Below are positions 39,384 to 50,700 of a stretch of 64,000 bases of DNA, in pieces (within the stretch, counting starts at the first letter, position 1; the number at the start of each line of letters is the position of its first letter). The notes beneath the pieces were generated by a model. The model was not told the DNA's origin. It was given only the letters and a program-made list of their open reading frames with translations, and did not search any database. Origin of the DNA: Camelus dromedarius (taxonomy: Eukaryota); assembly GCF_036321535.1 (NCBI RefSeq), contig NC_087436.1, positions 86,554,001 to 86,618,000 on the forward strand. The letters are read 5' to 3'. Position numbers and translations under genes: made by a program.

Positions 39384-39484
39384 GTTAGTGGATGGCTCTG
39401 GGAAGACCTTGATTTGCTCCCGAAGAAGCTGTGTTTTCGTGGGTTGGCTTCCGGTCATACTGCCCCGCCCGGACCCAGTCGACC
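39384..39484 (+). other. LNX1: 5' UTR part of the LNX1 RING exon
   Basis: Pyrimidine tract and acceptor tcttattctctttcag| ending at 39383, directly upstream of the coding ATG. Confidence 0.75.
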
Positions 39485-39876
39485 ATGAGCCAGGCAGATC
39501 CTGCCGATGACCCAGATCCCAGCCCCGCACCCCTGTGCGTGGTGTGCGGCCAAGCCCACTCGCCCGAGGAAAACCATTTCTACACCTACACAGAAGACGT
39601 GGACGATGACCTCATTTGCCACATCTGCCTGCAAGCTTTGCTGGACCCTCTGGACACTCCCTGCGGACACACCTACTGCACGCTCTGCCTCACCAACTTC
39701 CTGGTGGAGAAGGACTTCTGCCCCGTGGATCGCAAGCCTCTGGTTCTGCAGCACTGCAAGAAATCCAGCATCCTGGTCAACAAGCTCCTCAACAAGCTGC
39801 TGGTGACCTGCCCGTTCACGGAGCACTGCGACGAGGTGCTACAGCGCTACGACCTTGAGCATCACTTTCAAACCAG
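39485..39876 (+). CDS. LNX1: LNX1 p80 first coding exon (N-terminal Zn finger, C3HC4-type RING, start of C-terminal Zn finger)
   Basis: ATG 39485 (gaccATGa) translates [130 protein letters not shown], recognisable as the LNX1 N-terminus. Donor AG|GTAGGG at 39876/39877; 392 nt, phase 2. Confidence 0.97.
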
Positions 39877-40096
39877 GTAGGGAGGGCCTCCCGGGCGGCC
39901 AATCCCGAGAAGCCCCGCCCTCGCGGCGCCGCTGGAAGGGCGGGTTGTTCCGGCCTGGGCGCTTTCTCTGCGTTCTGCTTTGCAACCAAGGAAAGGATTC
40001 ATTCAAAATAAGACACGCTTTAGGTGTTTATGGCTGTAGTTCAGTGTGAGAAAACAGCAGGAGGTAGAGTTTGGGGGGTGGGGTGTTTATAGGAAT

Positions 40097-40428
40097 TTTT
40101 TGGTAAAATATACGTAATATAAATTTACCATTTTAAGCATTTTTAAGTGTACAGTTCAGTTGGCACTAAACACATTCACATTGTGCATCCATCACCACCA
40201 TCCATCTCCAGAATTTTTTTCATCTTCCAGAACTAAAATGTCATATCCATTAAAAAAAAACAAACAAAAAACCAAACCAAACCCAAACAAAATAACCTCC
40301 CCATTCCCTCGTCTCCAGCCGATGTAAACCACCATTCTACTTCCTGTCTCTATGATTTGATTGCTCTGGGAACCTCATAGAAGAAGCATCATTCAATGTT
40401 TGTCCTCTGTGACTAGCTTATTTCATTT
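40097..40428 (-). mobile_element. L1MA/MB-type 3' end
   Basis: aaatttaccattttaagcatttttaagtgtacagttcag...catcaccaccatccatctccagaa. Confidence 0.85.
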
Positions 40429-41528
40429 GTGTGCATTTGAAATGTGAAAGATACTGGAAAGATCTGATGAGCAGCTTGCTCTGAGGCTCCTGTTTCCCCA
40501 AAAGGTGTCCTGGTGGACATGGCTTGTTTTTTACCTGAGAAAAAAATATCTCCCAGTTTGGCCCATGAGTATTAAAATTTCCTCTTTATGGGAATTGGCA
40601 AAACCCACCTGTCCTTTGGGGAGATGTGAGGTTTTTTCAACTAAGTTTTCAAAAGGAGAAATTTAGAAAACGTTTGTCCTCCGACCTATTTGTTCTGCAA
40701 ATTTTTCAGCCAGTGGTCGGACCACCCCTGCTGGTGGCCGACATCACCGCTCCACCTGTCTGCCTCTCATTTTGTCCACTCACACCGTCCTGTTCCTGAC
40801 ATTCTTCGTGTGGACGGCCTCAGCGGCTGCCCGGGTCTCATGCACGTGAGGTACTCTCTTAGAGCACTTAAGACGCTTAATAAAGCGCGAACAATAATGC
40901 CACAGTTATTTTGTAAGAGGAAATTTGGAAGCTGGTGTTTATCTTGGTTCCTGTTCTGACAAGGGAAAGAGGCAGGTGCAGGTGTTTTTATCTAAAGGTC
41001 ACATTCTTCCAGTCATGAAGCTGAGTCTTTGTCTTTGGAGACATGCGGATTCTCTAACGTGGACGTTTGTGTCCAAAGCAGTGGCCTGGGTGTAATGCTA
41101 TGCACGTGGTTTCCATGCTGAGTACTTCGGTGAACTCACTTTTCTCCCCTAGATGTTGAGCCAGACGCATCTAACTCAGGCTGGTGGGCTGCCTCTGAGC
41201 CTCTGCTGTTGTTGGTGTTTGTTTAAACTAGGATGCACCTCTTCTCTGATGGCCCAGAAGGAAGTGCAGGCAGAGGAGAAGGGGCAAGGGAGTCTATTTG
41301 TGACCTCTGCTGCAAGTTTTGCCCAGGGAGGAGAGGCGTTGTCTGCAGGGGAGTTGGTCTGGGGTCAGAGGTGAGGTGGATGCCGACAGGTGCTGGTGCA
41401 GGGCCAGGGCCAAGTCTGGGGCCACAATGGGGTAGGGGGCTGAGGAGCATGGGGAGGAGAAAAGGCCCTAATAGACCTCCCTCCCCATGTGCCCGTCTTT
41501 TGCCACCTATGCATCTGTGTTGGGGTGC

Positions 41529-42173
41529 TGTATTCATTTCTTACTGCTGCTGTAACCAGTGATCACAAACTTAGTGGCTTAAAACAACTCAAGTGTGTTA
41601 CCTTACAGTTCCGAGGGTCAGAAGTCCAACGCGGGTCTCACTGACATCAAGGGCTTGGGAAGGTAGTTCCTTTTGGCTCTAGGGGAGAATCCCTTTCAGC
41701 TTCCAGAGGCTACCCGCCTTCCTTGGCTGGTGGCCTCTTTCTCCATCTTCATTTTTTTATTTTTACTTTTTAATGGAGGGACTGGGGATTGAACCCGGGA
41801 CATCATGCACACTAAACGTGTGCTCTGCCACTGAGCTCTACCCATCCCCCTTCTTTCTCCATTGTTAAAGCCAGCAGTGTAGAGTCTCTCTCTCCTTTTC
41901 CTTCTTTCCCTCTTTCTCTTTCCTCTCCTTCCATCCTCACATCTCTTTCTGTGGCTCTAATCCTCCTGCCTTTCTTATATAAGGACACTTACGATTACAT
42001 TGGGATCCACTCAGTGAATCCACCTGGATAATTCAGCATCCTTTCCTCAGGATCTCAAGATTCTTAGTCATATCTGCAAATCCCTTTTGCCATGTGAGGT
42101 AACACATTCACAGGTTCTGAGGATTAGGAGGTGGACATCTTGCAGGGGGGTGGTCATCCTTCTGCCCACCACT
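41529..42173 (-). mobile_element. MaLR solo LTR (MLT1) interrupted by a SINE
   Basis: tgtattcatttcttactgctgctgtaac...aaacttagtggcttaaaacaa...catatctgcaaatcccttttgccatgtgaggtaaca. Confidence 0.88.
41747..41851 (-). mobile_element. tRNA-derived SINE (vic-1-like)
   Basis: A and B boxes on the minus strand, A tail, and TSD TCTTTCTCCAT at 41736-41746 and 41852-41862. Confidence 0.85.
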
Positions 42174-45034
42174 GGAGGTTTGCAGGGGAGGAGCAGAGAG
42201 GAGAGAGACAAGGAAAGAAATAGAAGCAGCCTGTGGAGAGACAGTGAAAACACAGCAGCCCCTCCCCATCCCCTCATCAAGAACTGATTTGGGGTCAAGG
42301 CTATCCCTAAAAATTGGGATAAGGTGGCACATGGATCTGGGAGCAAGGCCAGGACAGCAGTGGTGCCAGGGAAGGGCTGGGAAGAGGCAGCGGGGCGTCT
42401 CTGGAGCCCCCAGGAGAGGGGTGATACAGGAGGGCCTGCGCTGCCTGGAGTGGGAATTTCATTCACCTGCCCATGCTGGCTGAGTGACCCGGACACCTCA
42501 AGGAAGCCTTGGGGGAAGGCCTGATGAATGCTCAGCTGATAATGAGATGCATGTCTGCAAAACAGAAGTCAGGAAAGAACCCCAAACTTTCATCACCTCT
42601 CTGAGCTGCAGCCTCCGCGGCCTTCACAGGCGCCGTGGGCAGCCCTGGGTGGAGGGGAAACTCTCCCGGAAGGTGCTGGGCCTCCACACTCGTTCTTGGC
42701 TCCCTCCACACTTCAGCTTCCTAAGTAGGTTGAAACCAACATTTCCAAAAATAGATTGTATTTGTTAGTCATCAAATGCTTAATATACACTTCCTTTCCC
42801 CCTCCCTGTTCCCTGGGCATGTCTTCTTTTTTTTCCTTTTGGCCAGGATTAAGAATTTGGAGCTAATCCAGAGCCCGACTCCAGAGTTCTCTTGGGCCTG
42901 TGACTGGGCCAGTAGACGACCTCTTCCTCCCCTTGGAAAAGATGTGAAGACGAAGTAGTTACTACCTCTGGAGTCCCTTAAACTGGGAAAACTCAGAGCT
43001 CCCAAGGGGACAAGTGTTTTTCCTTCCATGTCTATGTGAGGCCTCCAGGTTGGTGGCTGCTTGGATGGGAGGGTTGTCTTATGTTTGCCCTAGAAGGTAG
43101 CTTTGTTTATAAAGTTTGCATTCTTGGTTTCAGTGTTTAAAATACAATAAGTTAAAAAACATTCTTCCGCTAGTGCCGCTTTGATGAATAGAAACTAGGC
43201 CGGCTGAGAACTAGTATGGAGAACTTAAGTGCAACTCTGGTTGAAAGCCACCGTGAGACTGATGAGGATGCACACACACCCTCCCCGGGGTCTTGGAGAG
43301 CTGACAGTCCCTGGCTTCCCGGGAAGCCCCACATATAGGTTTCTCCACCTGCATGATGGGGACTTACTGCAGGTGGCTCCTTGAATACAAGGCTCTTGCA
43401 GAAATGAATAACATTTAGAATGTTTCGGTTGTTCCGTGAGGAAGGGCTGTGTGCTCCAGAAATGTTTTCTAGGGCTCTGCTCACGGCCTGTCTGTAGGAT
43501 CACTGCTAATAGTAACAGCAGCCCTGCGTCAGGGGTGCTGCCTGTTTTCTGCAGAATTCATTTTCATTTGTAAACATTGTTATTTTACAACTTCAGACCC
43601 TAAGTTGAATGTAAATCCTTAACTAAAACATTTAGGACCAATGGTGGGTATGCGTGACTGACCAGACCAGTGATGACTTGGAAAACTATTTCTGACTTCA
43701 GACCAGAGAGGTCTTCTGTGGGAGTAAATCTGCACATGTGAGCTACTGTTCGGAATCTTCTGGCTAATTCTGTTGACCTCTGCCCTCTTAGATGCTTGCA
43801 GACTCCCGTCACACGAGCCTCCTGTAAAGAATTCCCACAAGAGTGATGGGTTTGCTGAGTCCAATGGCAGCCTTCCTAACCAAGGGACACTGCCAGTGGT
43901 CATGGTGGGGGCACTGCCAAGGGCCAATTCGATGTGTGTCTCTTGACCCAGGCCAGCAGTGGGAGGGTGTGTGGAGGCAAAGCTTTTCCTTCCTTAATCC
44001 TGAGTGGGAGTTATGTTAGCCTCAAGGCGCCATCTTCATTTTGCAATATCATCATCTGCATATATAACATTTATCAAGGATCCACAAGAGGCCAGGACCA
44101 GAATGAGAGAAAAATCTCTACAAGTCATGATTTCTGCCTCTGGGAAATGACCTTTTAGAGGTTAAGGAAGAGAATTTGAAAACACATGCATGTTGAATTG
44201 TTTCTTGGGACGAGTCGCTTTGCCCTGTAATTTCTCTCTCGTGGCAGTTAGTAAAAATGGGAGATGATAAAGCTGACCCGTCTTCAGTGTTTACGACCTC
44301 GGATAGAGAGCTCGTTGTTCAGTTTTGAAAACAGCCCTGAATGAAAATGTGATGTCACTGGCACACCTGACTGAAGGCTCTCCGGGGTTATTTTCTTGAT
44401 TAACTTGAAACCCAACGTCCTGGAAGTTTCTTCTCCAAAGACCTACCCTGGAACTTCTCCTGACCTTCTCTTCCCTCAGGGGTTCTTTTCTGTAGTGTGT
44501 TTAGTGCAGCACAGGCTCAGCTAGCTGTCCACACGGCGGGGAGGGGTTTACTGCTGGAGAGAGGATCCAGGGGGGTGTGACTCTATAGAACGGTGGGTGG
44601 GTGACAAGTTTTGTTGGTCATTTCAGCCTGGCTCAACATCTCCACTCACTGTGCCTGACATACATCCTTCATGTGACTTTCCAGCCTTGAACCCAGCTTC
44701 CTCCTGGCCCTACCTAGTAGAGAGCTGCTCTTTTATCTCTCCTGGGCATGGAAGAGATGAGGCAGTTCCCTGCATTACTTTTTGAGAGAATTATTGAGTG
44801 TCCATCAGATTAATCTCCAAGTAATTCTTTAAAGAAACCACATCATCCACAACACTCATACCCAGAAAGCTCCCTTACGCTTTTCCTTTCTTTCTGGACA
44901 TTTATTATTTATATGTATAAATATTTAACCCCTGCCATGGCTCTTGTAAAGTCTGAAGTCCTTTTTTGCTAATTTGCCTGTGATCAAGAAAGACTGGTCC
45001 AAAAAAATGGACTCTTTAACTGAGTTGAATTCTC

Positions 45035-45150
45035 TTTCATTCAATAAACATTTATTGAGCATCTACTCTGCTCTAGGCACTGTGGTGAGGATATAATAGA
45101 GAACAGGACCAGCAGAACTCCCGCCCTCAAGGAGTCCCCTGTCTAGTGAA
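45035..45150 (-). mobile_element. L2 3' end
   Basis: tcattcaataaacatttattgagcatctactctgctctaggcactgtg. Confidence 0.75.
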
Positions 45151-45306
45151 AAGAAACAAGAAAACAGGAGGTGATTGGTCATGTCTGAGATGACATTGAA
45201 GAATAAGTAAGAATCAGACAGGCAAAGGCTGGGGGCCAGGATTAGGGTTAGGATCGTTTGCTGCAATCCATGACCATTTGAAGGTGGGATTTTTATCCCC
45301 AAGGGA

Positions 45307-45760
45307 TTGTATTAGTTTGGATTACATCAGATGGCAGGTAGTAGAAAATTCAAGTTATATTGGTTAAACTCTGTAAAAGTTCTCTTTTTCTCATTTGACA
45401 CAGCGTCTGAGGCTAGGAAGTCCACAACTCATATGATGTTGCCTTGATGCCATCAGGAATCCAGGCTCCTTCCTCTTTTCAGATTAGCACCATGTGTCAC
45501 CTCATGGTCTCAAGATAGCTGTTCAAGCTCCAGCATCACATCCAAGTTCTAGGCATAAAGCATCAGGCAGGAAGGGCAAAATACAATGTGCAAACAGAGA
45601 CTCCCTCCTTTAAAGAGCTTTCTGGGATGTCTCACCCAGTAATTTCTTCTTAAAACTCATTGGCCAGCATTGTGTTACATGGTCGCCCACTTGTGGGAGA
45701 GACCAAGTACATTACCACCATGAACAACCCTGGGGGCTGTTACAAAGAAGAAGAGATTAG
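45307..45760 (-). mobile_element. Old MaLR LTR (MLT1J-L like)
   Basis: catcaggaatccaggctccttcc...cctcatggtctcaagatagctg...ctcattggccagcattgtgttacatgg. Confidence 0.7.
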
Positions 45761-46229
45761 ACGTTGAATAGGAAAGCAGCAGTTTTTGCAAGAGTGACAG
45801 AAGCAACAACAAAAAACAGTACCTTTATTTCTGTATTGTATTCATACCCAGCAATGTCATAGCCTTTTGAAATGCAAGGTGAAAGGCAGGCATTGTTCAT
45901 TTTCCATAGAGACTTGGAGAAGCACCATGACATGCCCAAGATGATAAGAAATACATCTAGTACACCTTGAAGCCCATGCCTATATTATATATGATGCTGC
46001 TTATGAGTTATGTGCTACACAGTAGATCCTGGACATTCAAGAAGAGTATGTTCCAGGACTCTGTGCAGCTCTGTATGCAGGAAAGGAGTGTACCATGTCA
46101 TGCCCCTAATAGTGCAGCAGGAAAGAAAAGCCAGGATGAGAAGAGCAAAGCCTCTTGGAGACAGGTGCTGAGCTGCCAACTACGCTTATCCAGGATCATT
46201 AGTGGCTATTAATAACGACATTTATAGCA

Positions 46230-46450
46230 ATAGCTAACACTCATTGAGTCTTTTGTTCTTATAGGCATTATTTCATTCCACCTTCATAAAAACACTGTGA
46301 GTTAAGTATACTATTGTCTTTCCTTTACAGAGGAGGATACGGAAGTTCAGAGAGGTTAAGGAACATGCCCAGTGTCACACAGCTCCTACGTGGCAGAGCT
46401 AGGGTTCAGACTCAAACCTGTTTGACTCCAGCATCTAAGTTCCAAACCTA
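46230..46450 (-). mobile_element. MIR SINE
   Basis: tttacagaggaggatacggaagttcagagaggttaaggaacatgcccagtgtcacacagct. Confidence 0.8.
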
Positions 46451-47499
46451 ACTTCCTCTTTCCTGCTCTTCACCAGCTCTGACACACTCTTGCATACCAG
46501 ACCTAAAGGAAATGGAATTCAAATTAGGGCCTTAAAAATTATAAATTAATGGATGTCAGGCTTTATCAAGGTTGCTTCTCTCCGATCCAAACTGTAGAAA
46601 TTAAGTCTGTACCTCCTCAGGGTCTAGTGGAGTTTAAGTCTTAGCCTTGCCTCAGGTAAATGCAGATCTCTGACGCCAGATTCCTACACGGTTTATTACA
46701 GTTGGTCTCATCCCATAGATTTTTCTCTGGTCTTCTTCCTGTGAAATGTAATTTGCTGTAATAGCTTGGTTGTCATTAATATAACTATCCCTTTGAGCCA
46801 TTTCTATTAAGATTTAGGCCTTCAGTTAGCAAGATGGATTTTACTCTTCTTAAATATGGAGTAGGAGAGGAGACCTGGGGCTTCTGGGGCATTCCAGAGC
46901 TTAGGCGTGCAAAGTCCTGGTGTTAAGGAAGGTAGTAGAGTCTAGAATCACAGATCTCGAAGCTGGAAGAGATGGTGTGGTCCAGCTTCTGCAGAACCAG
47001 GCTGATAAGGCTTTATTGATTCCATTTCAAAGATGAGATGACTGAGGCTCGGGGCTTCAATGAAATGCCCAGGATCCTACAGCTAGTGAGAGGGCTTAAT
47101 TCAGTTACTCAGGGGAGCAGGAGGAATGGAGCAACTCCCCCCCCCCCCCAGAATATGAGGCTATGCACTGTTTGGACAGAATTTTATGTCTGTCTATCAA
47201 GGTTCTCTGTGAGTCTCAGAGAGAATGACACAGCCTGTTCTTATATAGGGACAGTTTGCAAAATTAACAAGGAAGCTGTCACTTCTCTTAGCCTCTGTCA
47301 GTATAGTCGGGAGAGTGACAGGGAAAATATCTTAAATGCATATTCTAAATATACATGTAGAGTGGGGTTGGTTCGTATTAACATTCCTGTGTTGCAATAT
47401 CTGAGGAAGGCTCACTGTAAGCTCAGATCTCCAGACTGTGTTCCAAAGATGCTAATTTTGTCCGGGGTCTTCCTCTAGCAAGCCGTAGGACAGCTTTTG

Positions 47500-47938
47500 A
47501 GCGTTTGCTTATTCACGCGGTGGGCTCCGAACGTGCCATGTTCATGCCCTCTTCCAACACAGATTAGCTTCCAGCCCATCTGCTCCCAGCCAGTGATGTA
47601 AATGTACCAGCTGCTTCCCGAGAACCAGTCGGCATCCTGCAGGAGGGGCAGGTCCCTTTCCCGGGCATCAGCCTGCTTGCTCTCAGCCTAAGCCTTCTCG
47701 CCAACCATGGTGGGTTCCTCCGTTCTCTCATCTCCCCATCTGAGAATCAGAGCGCACAGTCCTCTTACGGGCCCGTGATTTATCAGCGTGGCTCAGCTAA
47801 GGGCTCTAAGTCTCATTCTCTGTGATCTGCTGATTGTGGGAACATGGCAAGTGTGTTTTAAAGGGGCTGGGCTGGGTTGGGCCCCTGCAGCTGACGGAGA
47901 GAAGGTGGCCAGGAAGAAAGCAGCATCCTGCTTGGAAA
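47500..47938 (+). promoter_or_regulatory. LNX1: Internal promoter and 5' UTR of LNX1 p70
   Basis: Repeat-free, locally CpG-retaining sequence upstream of the p70 ATG. It resembles the recalled human variant-2 UTR. TSS position is inferred. Confidence 0.65.
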
Positions 47939-48030
47939 ATGAAGGCACTTCTGTTGCTGGTCCTGCCTTGGCTCAGCCCTGCCAACTACATTGACAATGT
48001 GGGCCACCTGCACTTCCTGTACTCAGAACT
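47939..48030 (+). CDS. LNX1: LNX1 p70 (RING-less isoform) alternative first coding exon
   Basis: MKALLLLVLPWLSPANYIDNVGHLHFLYSEL matches the recalled p70 N-terminus. Consensus donor CT|GTGAGT at 48030/48031; 92 nt, phase 2, the same phase as the RING exon. Confidence 0.93.
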
Positions 48031-48544
48031 GTGAGTCCCCCTCTCCCCCTGCCTGCCTGTGTTTGTGTGTCGGGTATGTCAGGGGTGGGACCTGAGTCCA
48101 TTCCTTGGCTGGTATGTTTGTTTAGAGGAATAAATGCCACATACACTAGATGCACTTGGACAAAACACCCTGCCAGTGGTTTAAAGCAGCGTGCAGAGCT
48201 GTCTGTGACTTAACAAAAAAACACCATCTTACTGATGCAGTGCTTTCCCAATGAGGCATTTTTTTTCCTGCTTCTGTGCCAACACTGCTTTCTTTCTTTC
48301 TTTCTTTCTTTCTTTTTTGCTTCTCTGCTTTTTCCTCAATAGATGTGTCTTCTCTTCCTTCCATAAATAGAACCAAAGAACAGTTAAGAACAGAGCCTGC
48401 ATGCACAGATGTTCACTCTCTGTCGGGCATTTCTAAATTGTGACCAGATATCATCCCTTTTTGAGACAGTCTCCATGCCTGAAAACACATGGAGTATCAG
48501 TACAGGGGCGAGACAGCCCTATATGGAAAAAATATACATCCCTT

Positions 48545-48800
48545 TTGTTTTTATTTTTGGTAATGTTTATACATGGAAAAGCAGAACGAACCATGCAGCA
48601 AACACCCATCTTCCTGTCACCTGGATTTAGCAATTAACATGTTGCCAATTTTGCCTCGTTTATTTTATTTTTTACGGAAGTGATTTGGAGTCGATTGCAG
48701 TCATCGTAACATTTCATCTCTAAAGATTTTTACCATGCATCTCTGAAAAAGAAAGACATTCTCCTCCATGACCTGTGTCCATTTTATAAGAGGAAATGAG
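48545..48800 (-). mobile_element. Old L1MC/ME 3' end
   Basis: acacccatcttcctgtcacctggatttagcaattaacatgttgcca...catgcatctctgaaaaagaaagacattctc. Confidence 0.6.
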
Positions 48801-49541
48801 TCATATCCCCAACCTTTACAGTGATATTTTTCTGGCTCTTTTCATTACTAAGCTTTGAAAGAGGATTGCAGACTGATGCGAATAGCTTCTAGCAATCAGA
48901 TGAAAAGTGCTGCCGTGTGTGCCTCAGCGTTTGGAGCACTTGCAAAAATGTAGTCCTCCTTACTCACCAGACAGGTAAAAAGAGCAAGAGTTGGCTTATG
49001 TGTAAATTAGAGTCAGTGGACAAATGAAAAGAGGGACATTAAATACAGTCCAAGAACCCAGACTAGGAAAGCTTGGCTGGTCAGATTTAGATAGAGATCC
49101 CCACGTGTTTAGATACGTGGTGATAACCAGTGCCTCTGTTATAATTAGCCAGACTAACCAATTCGCCCAGCACAGTAGATGCTCAATAAATACTCAATAA
49201 GTAGAGGGAAAAACGAATAACCTGGGTCCTTGGAGGCAGGTCATTCGTTTTGAAGACTCTTCATTTCAGGATTTCCTGGTCCAGTTTGGAGAAGAAGGTT
49301 CAAAGAGAAAGTATCTGGCTTAAGCCTGTATAGCGAGCATCTCTGGGTTGATAATGACATTGTGGAAGCTCTTCTAGAAAAATATACAATGGCAGAATTA
49401 GTTGGGATTGTGAAAAGTTCCCTTCCTCTCTCTTGATGGATGCTGAAATTGGTATCTCTGAAATCTGGCACCAAAGCATGCCTCCCCATCCTCTCACCAC
49501 CCACCACTGCCCCACCTCTACCCTGCTGGCCTTTAAGCTGC

Positions 49542-50000
49542 TATGTTAGTTTCCTAGAGCTGCTGTAACAAATTACCATAAATTTAATGGCTTAAAACAA
49601 CACAGATTTGTTCTCTCATAGTTCTGGAGGCTAGAAGCCTGAAATCAAGGTGTCAACAGGGCTACGCTCTGTGAAGTCTCCAAGGGAGAATTCTTCCTGG
49701 CCTCTTCCAGCTTCTGGTGGCTCCAGGCTTTCCCCAGCTTGGGGCTGCATGACTCCAGTCTCTGCTTCCACCTTCATGAGGACTCCACTGTGTCTGCTCT
49801 CCACCTCTATGTCTTCTCCTCTTCTTAGGAGGATACTTGTCATTAGATGTAGGGCCCCTCTGGATAATCCTGGATGATCTCATCTTGAGAAGCTTAGCTT
49901 AATTGCATCTGTTAGACTCTTTATCCAGATACGGGCACATTCACAGGTTCTGGGTTACGTATATTTGGCGGGGGTAGGGGGCATCATTCAACCCCTGACA
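49542..50000 (-). mobile_element. MaLR solo LTR (MLT1B/C type)
   Basis: gttagtttcctagagctgctgtaacaaattaccataaa...cattcaacccctgaca. TSD GCTGC/GGTGC. Confidence 0.88.
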
Positions 50001-50299
50001 GGTGCTAATGAGGAGCCTTTCCATCGTTACTTTCCCTTTTATAGCCTAATTGAAGGAGGACTCTTTATATTGGCTTACAGCTTCCTTTTCTACAAGTACA
50101 TGAATCAAAGGCAACTTCTCTGTTGAATAACTGAGTGAATGGAAGTAGGCCCTTCTTTCTGAAATGCAAAGCCATCCAGGAAGCATGATGCCAGGAAAAT
50201 GCTGGGACAGTGTTCCCGAACTGATCTGAGCTTCCTGTTGCTGGGGATGCTTTATGAGAGTTCTGTGCAGCAAGTCCCTGGTGCTGGTGCTGATAATGA

Positions 50300-50700
50300 A
50301 CTAATCAGTGAATTAATGCCACATTTCAGGTACTGTGGCAGGTGCTGGAAGGAACACAGGCAGTAAAAAATTAATCATGGTGCCCACCCTTGAAGAGTTG
50401 AGGATCTAACTGAGAAGAGACAATTTATACAGATAAGAAATATAAACAATGATCCAAGGCATAAGGGGGTGAGTCTTTACAGTAGGGTAGGTAATCAGTT
50501 GAGAGGAGGTGGAGAACATGCATTTCAGTGAAATTGATCAGAGAAAGCATCTGGAGAAGTGGGAGGTTTGAGTGGCATGTTGAAGTAATTAGGGAGGAAT
50601 TAGACACAATCAGAGCTGGACAGAGACAGCGTGTCAGGCAGGGTCAACTGCACTGGCAAAAAAAGGTTGGGAGGTGGCTGTGGGTATCGGAAACATTTGG
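50300..50700 (-). mobile_element. L2 remnant
   Basis: caggtactgtggcaggtgctgg...catggtgcccacccttgaagagttg is L2-like. Confidence 0.6.

Noticed and set aside
39431..39484. N-terminal extension of the LNX1 ORF in the track
   Set aside because: It starts at GTG under bacterial-style calling. Homology begins at ATG 39485.
39455..39826. 123-aa antisense ORF, plus alternative-frame ORFs over the RING exon
   Set aside because: These are the expected shadow of GC3-rich coding sequence, with no recognisable protein and no independent signals.
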